This document shows, piece after piece, positions 9,383 through 17,777 of a DNA stretch of 61,400 nt; the stretch's first letter is position 1, and each line of letters opens with the position of its first letter. The translations under genes were made by a program, and so were the position numbers. The notes under the pieces were generated by a model. It was not told where the DNA came from, made no database searches, and was given only the letters and a program-made list of their open reading frames with translations. This DNA comes from a virus (Duplodnaviria > Caudoviricetes). The stretch spans positions 1-61,400 of IMG/VR virus record IMGVR_UViG_3300009502_000053, one strand, 5' to 3'.

Positions 9383-10434
9383 TAACAATAACTAATAAAT
9401 CCATTTATGTTAGTGAATTTCCTATTTCTTCTTTATCTTCTTTGGATAAAGTAGAAAAAATTCCTATTGAAGAGATTGTAAATTTCTTATCAGATAATGT
9501 TGAATTAGGTGAGAGTGTAACTTTTAAAAGATTATTTGAAATTGTATCAGGTAATCTTTTAAAGTTTAACGAAATATTTTATTCAGCATTAGGTGGTTAT
9601 ACACTTGAACCTTATTTACAAGAAATTGAGAATAATCCAAATGAAACTAATGAATTTGATTATCTTGAAGCTCACTGGTTTTGCGATAAATATGATGATG
9701 AGTTGAATATATGTCCATCACTTCATGGCGTATCTACAAAAGATGAAATTACATATGCTCTTGATTTTACCTCACTTAATAATCTTAAAGATTGTAATGT
9801 AAAAATAAATGAAGCTGTTGATATTTATGATTATAGCAAAGTTAAGGACAAAGGTGAAGAAGTTATAGATGCTAAAGATTTTACAATAAATTTGGGTAAT
9901 AAAGCATTTACACTTTTTGAATTATTTAATGGAATTTTCTACGAAATTTCTTTTCATGGCGGACCTCAAGAGAAAAAGGAGCGAGAAGTGGAAATGATGG
10001 ATTCAATTGATGAAGTTAAAGAAAATTTAGAAGATTATGATTCTGAAAAATATATAACTTTTGAAGAAATGTTAGAAGAGTTTGATGCAAAAGATAAATA
10101 TCTTGTTAAATATGAAGAACTTAGAGACAGAGTAGAAAAAGATAGAATCACAAACAAGAAAAACTTAATTAAATTAAAAAATTGTTTGATAGAAAAACTT
10201 AAAATTTATGATCTTATTGAAAAGTCAGAATCTAATGAAGATTTACAACAATACTATAAGAAATTGACTGATATTGAATATGATATGCAAATATTATATG
10301 GAGAAGAAGAAGATATTACTTATCATAGATTTTGGGATACACCTAAATGTACTTGTCCAAAGATAGATAATTTAGAATTGTATCCTTCTAAAGATCCTAT
10401 ATTTGATAAAAATTGTCCAATACATAAGAAATGA
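9379..10434 (+). CDS. Hypothetical protein with C-terminal CxC...CPIH metal-binding motif
   Basis: HRFWDTPKCTCPKIDN...KNCPIH. Confidence 0.8.
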   Translation: MITITNKSIYVSEFPISSLSSLDKVEKIPIEEIVNFLSDNVELGESVTFKRLFEIVSGNLLKFNEIFYSALGGYTLEPYLQEIENNPNETNEFDYLEAHWFCDKYDDELNICPSLHGVSTKDEITYALDFTSLNNLKDCNVKINEAVDIYDYSKVKDKGEEVIDAKDFTINLGNKAFTLFELFNGIFYEISFHGGPQEKKEREVEMMDSIDEVKENLEDYDSEKYITFEEMLEEFDAKDKYLVKYEELRDRVEKDRITNKKNLIKLKNCLIEKLKIYDLIEKSESNEDLQQYYKKLTDIEYDMQILYGEEEDITYHRFWDTPKCTCPKIDNLELYPSKDPIFDKNCPIHKK

Positions 10435-10566
10435 GAAAAGAAACTAAGTTTTTTTTTTAAATTATTTGCAGGATCATTTTTAATTATATTAATTTTGTCT
10501 GGATTTAGTATGTTTTTTATTAGTGCTGCTGTTATTGGTATTATACTTGCTTATTATATAAAATAA
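10431..10566 (+). pseudogene. Small membrane protein broken by a T10 tract
   Basis: ATG overlaps previous stop; T10 at 10449-10458 gives TAA; with T9 it reads MRKETKFFFKLFAGSFLIILILSGFSMFFISAAVIGIILAYYIK. Confidence 0.6.
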
Positions 10567-10580
10567 AAATTTTAAAAAAT

Positions 10581-10736
10581 ATGAAATTCGAACATGCAAA
10601 CTTCTTATCTTGCTTTTTTGGTGGAGTGTTATTAGGCTCAATGATTTACAATTTGCCTGGAGCAATTGTTGGCGGAATTGTTGGTGCAATTGTTGGTATA
10701 CTTTCTAATCGTAAATATAAAAAAGTTAATGAATAA
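10581..10736 (+). CDS. Small glycine-zipper membrane protein (not in ORF track)
   Basis: MKFEHANFLSCFFGGVLLGSMIYNLPGAIVGGIVGAIVGILSNRKYKKVNE. Confidence 0.7.
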   Translation: MKFEHANFLSCFFGGVLLGSMIYNLPGAIVGGIVGAIVGILSNRKYKKVNE

Positions 10737-10914
10737 ACTGGATAGAGATTTGATGGAATTTCATATAGTTATGAAAGATGTTTTTGGATCTTTTGATATT
10801 CTTAATGATATAGAATATGAAGATTTACCAGCAGTATATCAATTTGCTAAAATAATTTTGAATTATACAAAAATGACGGAAGCCTTAAAAGAATTAAAAA
10901 ATGTAGTTATTTAA
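10729..10914 (+). CDS. Hypothetical protein
   Basis: ATG at 10729 (MNKLDRDLMEF...) overlapping previous stop is more plausible than the track start at 10666. Confidence 0.65.
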   Translation: MNKLDRDLMEFHIVMKDVFGSFDILNDIEYEDLPAVYQFAKIILNYTKMTEALKELKNVVI

Positions 10915-11760
10915 AATAGGGTGTATCTTATTTATTTCTGTATATTTTATACGCAAAAGATTAATATTATTATTTTTTGCGTATAAATTTTTTAAATTGT
11001 CTTTTTTTATTGTTTCTTTATATTCTTTTTCTCCGCCAAAAAATTCAATAGGTTTAAAATGTTGTATTCCATCATATTCAATTAGTATGTTATATTTTGG
11101 TAAATAAAAATCATATCTTAATTTTATTTTATTTTTACAATTATCAAAACATTTTTGAGGTAAAAATTCTATATTTTTTTCTATAAAATATTTTTTTATT
11201 TTATTTTCACCTTCACTGAATCCAGAAAGTTCTGGTGGTGTTTTAAAATGATATCTTGGTAGTTGCTCGTAAGTTATATCATTATAAACTATTTTAATTT
11301 TAGTTAGTTTATTTACATATTTAGTTAATGAATAATCATATTTGTTTCCGTATAATTTTTTTGATTCTTCAATAAAATCTAATGTTGTTTTATTATTTAC
11401 TATTTTTTCAGGACAGCATCCTCTTAAATGCATATCTGGTGTTTGAGTGTAAATAGTATTATTAAAAATAATTTTTACTTTGGAATATCTATTTTTATAA
11501 CTTACTAGTGAATAATCATATCTGTCACCGTGAATTTTTTTAGAATTTATTATGAAAATTTCTGTGTTAGTTTTTAGTACCTTATTTTCTGGACAAAATC
11601 CAGATAAATGATATGATGGAACTTGATTGTATATTTCGTTATTGTATAATATCTGCACCTCTATCATACAATTTTTATAATCAACTAATGAATAGTCATA
11701 TTTATCACCATGAATCAATTTAGCTTTATCTATAAAATCTTTAGTTGTCAATCTTTTCAT
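10894..11760 (-). CDS. Repeat-containing PD-(D/E)xK-like mobile endonuclease
   Basis: Three HGDKYDYSLVxY repeats + GENKI..RYDFYLP..IEYDGIQH..FGG. Confidence 0.85.
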   Translation of the reverse strand: MKRLTTKDFIDKAKLIHGDKYDYSLVDYKNCMIEVQILYNNEIYNQVPSYHLSGFCPENKVLKTNTEIFIINSKKIHGDRYDYSLVSYKNRYSKVKIIFNNTIYTQTPDMHLRGCCPEKIVNNKTTLDFIEESKKLYGNKYDYSLTKYVNKLTKIKIVYNDITYEQLPRYHFKTPPELSGFSEGENKIKKYFIEKNIEFLPQKCFDNCKNKIKLRYDFYLPKYNILIEYDGIQHFKPIEFFGGEKEYKETIKKDNLKNLYAKNNNINLLRIKYTEINKIHPILNNYIF

Positions 11761-11896
11761 TTTTACCTTTTATTTTATCAAAATAGATATATCTACCTGA
11801 AGGTGTTTTATCTATTTTAATCAACCCTTTTTTAACCCAATTACAGAGTGTATTTCTTGTTATTTGGTATTTATCCATTATTTCTTTTGCTTTCAT
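11741..11896 (-). CDS. Small MerR/IS607-TnpA-like HTH protein (not in ORF track)
   Basis: MKAKEIMDKYQITRNTLCNWVKKGLIKIDKTPSGRYIYFDK..., overlaps endonuclease start. Confidence 0.75.
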   Translation of the reverse strand: MKAKEIMDKYQITRNTLCNWVKKGLIKIDKTPSGRYIYFDKIKGKNEKIDN

Positions 11897-11981
11897 ATTG
11901 TATATATAAATATTTTTTATTGGTTTTTGTATATTTTAGTATATTTTAGTATAAAAGTTTAATATTTTTAATTTATTTTTA

Positions 11982-11992
11982 TTTAATATATA
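11982..11992 (+). promoter_or_regulatory. Candidate phage late promoter TTTAATATATA
   Basis: Same motif at 20360, 33918, 36507, 39432 (+) and 15791, 58277 (-), each shortly upstream of a tagged or structural gene. Confidence 0.55.
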
Positions 11993-12010
11993 AAAGAAAA
12001 GTTGTCTTTA

Positions 12011-12496
12011 ATGAAGTATCTTAGATATTTTGAGGAATTAAAAATTAATCATAAGCGAGAACCTATTGATATAATAATGGATACTTATTTTGAAAGTGCA
12101 TTATGGTCTGTAGAGGATAAAGATGAAGATTTTAAATATAAAACCATTCACGATTTTTCTGATCAAGCGAGGAATCAAGCAAAAGAAGAAATTAAATGGT
12201 TTCTTGATAATGCTGGTGATGTATTTAGTGAAATTTTGAATACTGAAATTGGTCATGATTTGTGGTTATCAAGAAATGGTCACGGATCAGGATTTTTTGA
12301 TAGAGCTGGTTATGAAGAAGACGATGCGGATTTTTTAATGGATTTAGCACGAATTCTTGGTGAAATATATTTGGAAATTGGTGATGATGATAAAATTTAT
12401 TTTATTGGAGGTTCTGAAAAATATAAAGATTTTGATCTTGATAAATATTTTGAAGATGTAAAATTAAAAAAGGCGAAAAAGAAATATAATATATGA
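12011..12496 (+). CDS. Tagged protein (MKYLRYFEE...KYNI) with GHDLWLSRNGHGSGF domain
   Basis: Both terminal tags; conserved-looking GHDxWLxRNGHG core. Confidence 0.8.
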   Translation: MKYLRYFEELKINHKREPIDIIMDTYFESALWSVEDKDEDFKYKTIHDFSDQARNQAKEEIKWFLDNAGDVFSEILNTEIGHDLWLSRNGHGSGFFDRAGYEEDDADFLMDLARILGEIYLEIGDDDKIYFIGGSEKYKDFDLDKYFEDVKLKKAKKKYNI

Positions 12497-12969
12497 TAAC
12501 AAAGTTTAGATTATTTGAAAATGAGGATAGTTTTGACTATACAGGCAGGTATTTAAAATTGAAAATATTAAAAAATGGAAATCTTAAAATAGTTTTAACT
12601 CCTGATGGTAAAGAAGAAATAGCTGACAATCCTAATTTTAATATTTTTTCTTTTTCTGAACTCTTTGATGATATTAGAGCAAGTTCTGATTTATTATATA
12701 TTGAGGATATTAGTGGATTTGATTTGGGTGTGTTATCTGAAGCACCTGCAATTACAGATGGATATTATTACGATGATGATGGCGAATTCACTGATTATGA
12801 TAATATAGAAAACTCTGAGATATTTTATTACCCTAATTATAATATTAAAGATTTTACAAAAGAATTGTATGAAAATGGATTTGTTATATTCGTTACAAAT
12901 GGTAAAAATACTCCAGAAGAAGTTGAGGAAATTAAGAATAAAAGAGAGATAAATAAGTATAATCTGTGA
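12493..12969 (+). CDS. Tagged acidic protein (MITKFRLFEN...KYNL)
   Basis: ATGA overlap, both tags. Confidence 0.8.
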   Translation: MITKFRLFENEDSFDYTGRYLKLKILKNGNLKIVLTPDGKEEIADNPNFNIFSFSELFDDIRASSDLLYIEDISGFDLGVLSEAPAITDGYYYDDDGEFTDYDNIENSEIFYYPNYNIKDFTKELYENGFVIFVTNGKNTPEEVEEIKNKREINKYNL

Positions 12970-12975
12970 TTTAAT

Positions 12976-13006
12976 TTTGTTATTTAAATTTTTATCCTTA
13001 TCTTTG
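12976..13006 (+). promoter_or_regulatory. Bacteroidota sigma-A-type promoter (-33 TTTG / -7 TAnnTTTG)
   Basis: TTTG 12976-12979, 19-nt spacer, TATCTTTG 12999-13006. Confidence 0.7.
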
Positions 13007-13031
13007 TATCATAATTCTAATACACCACACA

Positions 13032-13487
13032 TTGGAAACAATCACATATTATAAATCGTCAACTGGTAGTACAAGATTTAATCATATTATTTACAATGAA
13101 GACATTTCTTGTAAATCCCAATCTGCTCTTATTCTTTTAAATGAATTTTTAAGAGAACTTGATGAAGACTTCTTGCGAGAGGAAAAAGAATTACAATATT
13201 ATCTGAATAAAAGGTGGACATTTTTAGCAAAACATAAGCGTAGACATGGAGCTTTAAGTTGTCATTATTGTGGCAAAACACATTTGGAGATTGGTTATAG
13301 GAGTGCTAAAATGTGTGAAAAGAATAATAGAAATCCAAGATTAGCAACAATTGATCACGTTAAACCAGTTAGTTCTGGTATTGACAAATTGGATGAATCT
13401 AATTGGGTTGTTTCTTGTAAAAAATGCAACAATAGAAAAGGCTCAAAAAGTTATGATGAATTTAAGAAAAACCAATTGAGAAAATAA
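13032..13487 (+). CDS. HNH endonuclease
   Basis: CHYCG...ATIDHVKPVS.G...NWVVSCKKCNNRKG. Confidence 0.9.
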   Translation: METITYYKSSTGSTRFNHIIYNEDISCKSQSALILLNEFLRELDEDFLREEKELQYYLNKRWTFLAKHKRRHGALSCHYCGKTHLEIGYRSAKMCEKNNRNPRLATIDHVKPVSSGIDKLDESNWVVSCKKCNNRKGSKSYDEFKKNQLRK

Positions 13488-13509
13488 GACTATATGAAAT
13501 AAAAACAAT

Positions 13510-13755
13510 ATGAGAAAAATATATTTTACTTCTGATCTTCACTTTCAGGACGAAAGACTAAATCTATATTCAAGAGATTTAGTCTTTCGTAATTCAAAAG
13601 AGTGTGATGATCATATAATCAAAATTTGGAATGAAAAGATAAACAAGGAAGATTTAGTAATTCTTGTTGGTGATATTTCTATGACCAGAGACGGACTACA
13701 TTATTTGTCTGAACTAAATGGTGAAAAATGGCTTGTTAAGAGCACCAATTTATGA
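13510..13755 (+). pseudogene. Truncated calcineurin-like metallophosphoesterase
   Basis: FTSDLHF and LVGD motifs present; ends at KWLVK just before the expected GNH/YD motif. Confidence 0.75.
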
Positions 13756-14191
13756 TAAAACTTTTGATAATGAGGATGATCTTGCAATATTTTTGGCTGG
13801 GCCTATTCAAGGTGCACCTGATTGGCATGATGAATTTATTCAGAAATTAAAAGAAAAATTAAAGAATACTGTGTTAAATAGAAATATTCTTATATGTTCA
13901 CCAAAAAGAACTGAAATAGATCATACAAATTTTGAATACAATGAACAAGTTGATTGGGAGTCTTTTCATTTGAATAAAGCTTCAAAAAATGGAGTTGTTG
14001 TTTTTTGGCTGGCTAATGAAAAAGAAAAAGTGACTGGTAGATGTTATGCACAAACAACTAGATTTGAAATTGGAGAATGGTGGGCTAAAGGTCAATCTAT
14101 AAAGGACTTTAATATTGTTGTTGGTTCAGAAGAAAATTTTGATGGTTTGAAATATATTTCTAAAAAATTCACAGATTTTATGATAAAATAA
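13718..14191 (+). CDS. Nucleoside 2-deoxyribosyltransferase-like protein, probably truncated at both ends
   Basis: IFLAGPIQGAPDW...QVDWE...VVVFWL...YAQTTRFEIGEW. Confidence 0.7.
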   Translation: MVKNGLLRAPIYDKTFDNEDDLAIFLAGPIQGAPDWHDEFIQKLKEKLKNTVLNRNILICSPKRTEIDHTNFEYNEQVDWESFHLNKASKNGVVVFWLANEKEKVTGRCYAQTTRFEIGEWWAKGQSIKDFNIVVGSEENFDGLKYISKKFTDFMIK

Positions 14192-14421
14192 TAATTGAAA
14201 ATGCAAAATCTATTGATTATATATTTGAAGGTAAAAATAAAGTATATTTTCCTGATTATTATTTACCAGATTATAATTTGATAGTAGAAATTAAAAGTAG
14301 TTATACTTATGATTATGAAAAAGTTCAGAATGAAGCAAAAAAAGAAGCCGCTATAAATAACGGCTACAATTTCATCTTTATAATTGATAAAGATTATACA
14401 GAATTTTTAACTATGTTATAA
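14173..14421 (+). pseudogene. Orphan C-terminal PD-(D/E)xK endonuclease fragment
   Basis: RFYDKIIIEN..YFPDYYLPDYNLIVEIKSSYTY..NEAKK..GYNFIFIIDKDY, paralogous to 15803-16936; no start codon. Confidence 0.8.
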
Positions 14422-15759
14422 TGGTTTTTTTGGTTTAATTTCCTCTGAAAATTCTGGCATTTCACCTTTTTTAGGTTCTCCTAATTTCTTTTTCTTCTCA
14501 CCACCTGAAGGTAGTTCGGAAATTAATCGATCTACGTCAGGATAAATTTGCTGATCTGCATCCGTGTTATAATTAATATTGAAATAATCTTTAAAATTTA
14601 ATAAATCATTATTTCTTAATAAATACTCACGGTTAACTTTTAATATTTCATCTAGGAAATTTGATAATTTATCAACTTCACTATTATATAAATCAACTGT
14701 AGTTTCATTGAAAATACCTATTGGTTTTTTCTTTTTCTTATTAAAAGAACTTAATATTAGTTTGAATAGATATTCAATTTTATTGTCAGATTTAATTAAT
14801 TCAATTGTTTTTTGATTTTTTAATAAAAATGTATTAATTCTAAATTTATCTTCAGTGAAGAACTCAGGAATAGACAAATTCCAATCCTTTAATTCCTTTT
14901 TAATATTATCAATATATTCATTGAATATTGAAGAAATCATTTCAATATATAATTCATCTTTTGTTATTTCTTTTAACTTTAATTTTTGTAAATCAACAAG
15001 TTGTAAAAATTCTAAGAAATTTAATAGTATCAGAGAATAAGTTTCTAAATATTCAGTTTTATTATCTAACACCATTTTTTCATATGATGGATTTAGTATT
15101 TCAAATGAAAATTCATCATTTCCATTAATTCTAATGATTATTTTTTCTAAATTATCATTAAAATCATACATTAAGAAAGAATTCTCTAAATTAGGATTCA
15201 ATATTTTATAGAAGAAATATGCGAAATTATTTTCACCAAATACAAAATCTAAATCTTTTTCTGATGTGTGTAAAAACAAATTGATAATTTCTAATTGCTT
15301 TTCGTTTAATTTGCCCCTGAAAATTACTGGTAATGAATCAACATTGAACATTTTTGAATATTCAACTATTTCAGAGTAGTTATATTTATATTTTGTACCT
15401 TTAACAATGCAAGTTAGAATTAAATTATTTAATGGTGTTTTTTTATATTCAATATGTGCTGGTTGATGATCTGGAAAGTATTCAAAACAGAACCACCAAT
15501 TTGTTGATAATAAATTTGTTACATAGTCTGGTAGTGAATGAAGATATTGGAAAGCGAAATTAAAAAATTGTTGTATTGCTAAATCTACAAAATTTAATGG
15601 TTCACTATTCAAACTTTTTGTTTTTATATCAAATTTTTGTCCTGTCCATCTAACGAAAATTTGAGCGCCCTGTATATCTTCATAGACAAGCAATTCTTTA
15701 TTTTGTAATAATTCTATTAAATTATCTGGTTGATTATTAAGTTTAACTATCTGTGTCAT
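14416..15759 (-). CDS. RNA-ligase (Rnl2-like) fold protein with degenerate motifs
   Basis: VYEDIQG (motif I without Lys), FCFEY, LPVIFRG, LEKIIIR. Confidence 0.5.
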   Translation of the reverse strand: MTQIVKLNNQPDNLIELLQNKELLVYEDIQGAQIFVRWTGQKFDIKTKSLNSEPLNFVDLAIQQFFNFAFQYLHSLPDYVTNLLSTNWWFCFEYFPDHQPAHIEYKKTPLNNLILTCIVKGTKYKYNYSEIVEYSKMFNVDSLPVIFRGKLNEKQLEIINLFLHTSEKDLDFVFGENNFAYFFYKILNPNLENSFLMYDFNDNLEKIIIRINGNDEFSFEILNPSYEKMVLDNKTEYLETYSLILLNFLEFLQLVDLQKLKLKEITKDELYIEMISSIFNEYIDNIKKELKDWNLSIPEFFTEDKFRINTFLLKNQKTIELIKSDNKIEYLFKLILSSFNKKKKKPIGIFNETTVDLYNSEVDKLSNFLDEILKVNREYLLRNNDLLNFKDYFNINYNTDADQQIYPDVDRLISELPSGGEKKKKLGEPKKGEMPEFSEEIKPKKPL

Positions 15760-15802
15760 ATTATTCTTTTGTTTTTTGAATTTTATTTACTTTATATATT
15801 AA

Positions 15803-16936
15803 TTAATTAAGGCTTATTTTATTGATAAACTCTTTATAATCTTTATCTATTATAAAAATAAAATTATAACCGCTTTCTAATGATGCCTTCTTTTTAGCTT
15901 CATTTTTTTCAATATCGTAATTGTAAGTATAACTACTTTTAACTTCAACTATTAAGTTAAATTGTTTAATATAAAAATCTGGATGATATCTTCTATTTTT
16001 ATTATCAAAATCGTATATTATTGATTTTGGTTTTTCAATCAGTATTTTATCATAAAAAGTTTCAAGGAAATTTAATTCATATGTTCCACGATAAAATAAA
16101 TTTTTATATTTTTTTAATTTGAATGCTGATATTTGTTGCTTTTCATGAATATTCACATTTTGTGATGAATATTCAACTCCATATTTTTTTAAGCATGTGC
16201 TTTTACTTTTTTCTAAAATTTCATTTTTTTCTTCTGTTGTTCTGTTTAAACTATTTCTTTTCATTTTATTTCTAAATTTATTGGTTTTAGCATAACTATC
16301 AACACCGTATCTTTTTATTGATGTTTTCCGACTCTTATCTATTGATTTTGGATTTTGTAAAGCGTGCTTATAACCTGTTCTTTCTAGCAATGTATTTTGT
16401 AGTTTTTCTACAGATTTTGGATTTTGCATTACATTTTCAACTCCATAATTTTTTAAAAAAACTTCTTTACATCTTGTCTTATATTCATCTGTTTTTGAAT
16501 AATGTGTTTCTCCATATCTTTTTAATGATGTTTCTTTACTTTTTTTAACACATTTTTTTGTTTTACAATATCTATCAACTTTATATTTTTTCAGGCAGGT
16601 TTTTTCAGATTTTTCTTTAAATTCATCTGTTTCTGTAAAACTTTTTTTACCATATTTTTTCCTACAAGTTTCTTCGTTTTTTAGTGGTATACATTTACTA
16701 CAACAGAATTTATTATTTGATCTTATGCTATAATTATATTCTTTGTAAAATAATTCTTTAATATCACCACAATAATCACATTTTGCGGTTATTGTTTCAT
16801 GACTACCTTTTGGTAATAGTGATATATCAATTTCAATTTCATCACCAAATTTAATATTATTATATCCATTGTCTTTAAAATGCTTGATGTGAAACCCGCT
16901 ATTTACTTTTATTTTAATTTTATCTGTTAACAACAT
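15803..16936 (-). CDS. KYGVx-repeat PD-(D/E)xK-like mobile endonuclease
   Basis: CDYC zinc motif, repeated (K/R)YG(V/E) units, YHPDFY..IVEVKS. Confidence 0.85.
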   Translation of the reverse strand: MLLTDKIKIKVNSGFHIKHFKDNGYNNIKFGDEIEIDISLLPKGSHETITAKCDYCGDIKELFYKEYNYSIRSNNKFCCSKCIPLKNEETCRKKYGKKSFTETDEFKEKSEKTCLKKYKVDRYCKTKKCVKKSKETSLKRYGETHYSKTDEYKTRCKEVFLKNYGVENVMQNPKSVEKLQNTLLERTGYKHALQNPKSIDKSRKTSIKRYGVDSYAKTNKFRNKMKRNSLNRTTEEKNEILEKSKSTCLKKYGVEYSSQNVNIHEKQQISAFKLKKYKNLFYRGTYELNFLETFYDKILIEKPKSIIYDFDNKNRRYHPDFYIKQFNLIVEVKSSYTYNYDIEKNEAKKKASLESGYNFIFIIDKDYKEFINKISLN

Positions 16937-17075
16937 TTTCTTTTATTTCTTTTTCAATATATTCTTTCATAGCATTTTCAACAAATAACGATTTATTTAT
17001 TGATTTATTTTTAGCCAATTTGTCAAATTTCTTATATACATCATCATCAATGGTGAAGGTTTTAGTCTTTTTCAT
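16920..17075 (-). CDS. Small ribbon-helix-helix protein (not in ORF track)
   Basis: MKKTKTFTIDDDVYKKFDKLAKNKSINKSLFVENAMKEYIEKE..., overlaps endonuclease start. Confidence 0.8.
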   Translation of the reverse strand: MKKTKTFTIDDDVYKKFDKLAKNKSINKSLFVENAMKEYIEKEIKENVVNR

Positions 17076-17098
17076 AATTATTTATGTTTATTTATAAC

Positions 17099-17136
17099 TA
17101 TATATAAATAAAATAAAGTCGTATTTATCTATTTTT
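17099..17136 (-). repeat. 38-bp element upstream of RHH-endonuclease, copy 2
   Basis: TATATATAAATAAAATAAAGTCGTATTTATCTATTTTT; 36/38 identical to 7713-7750. Confidence 0.85.
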
Positions 17137-17161
17137 GCTTTTTATTTTAAAATTTTTTTAT

Positions 17162-17169
17162 TATCTTTG
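17162..17169 (+). promoter_or_regulatory. Bacteroidota-type -7 promoter element
   Basis: TATCTTTG 26 nt upstream of ATG 17196; TTTG at 17134-17137 (24-nt spacer, long). Confidence 0.6.
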
Positions 17170-17195
17170 TACTGTTAAATATATTAAAACGAAAT

Positions 17196-17408
17196 ATGAA
17201 AAAATTATCTAAAGGAAAATTAGTTGCGGCGATCTTATTTATGTGTTTTACTTTAAATACAATAATCTATTTTTACTTAAATGGCTCACCATATGCTAAA
17301 GACCCATTTCAATCTGGTTTATGGTGCGCATTTACTGGACTATCATTAGCATTTGTTGCTTTTTTTGTGATAATTGGTGTTATTTCATATATTATTGATA
17401 ATTGGTAA
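17196..17408 (+). CDS. Small two-TM membrane protein
   Basis: Two hydrophobic segments. Confidence 0.75.
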   Translation: MKKLSKGKLVAAILFMCFTLNTIIYFYLNGSPYAKDPFQSGLWCAFTGLSLAFVAFFVIIGVISYIIDNW

Positions 17409-17419
17409 TCATATAAAGT

Positions 17420-17770
17420 ATGAAAATTGATATTGAAGTAGGTAAATATTTTGAATTAAATGGATCTGAAGAACAAAAATGTGCTCAAGATTTTGAGTAC
17501 TATCCAATTCCACCAATAAAAGTAGAGCATTTAGATATAAATATGCAAGACGACTATAATGGTTATATTTTTATTAGATTATCTAATGAAGATATAATTG
17601 AATATTTTTGTTCTGAACGTAGAAATACTGGGAAAGGTCCTGATTGTGATATATACGTTAAAATAAATGACGAAAAAGTGATTGGTTCCGAATACTTAGA
17701 GGAATATGGTGGTAGAAGAACTTGGGTTGAAGGTCTTTTAGATTTTTATATTAAATCAAAAAATAAATAA
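17420..17770 (+). CDS. Hypothetical protein
   Basis: ORF in operon. Confidence 0.75.
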   Translation: MKIDIEVGKYFELNGSEEQKCAQDFEYYPIPPIKVEHLDINMQDDYNGYIFIRLSNEDIIEYFCSERRNTGKGPDCDIYVKINDEKVIGSEYLEEYGGRRTWVEGLLDFYIKSKNK

Positions 17771-17777
17771 ACTGTAT

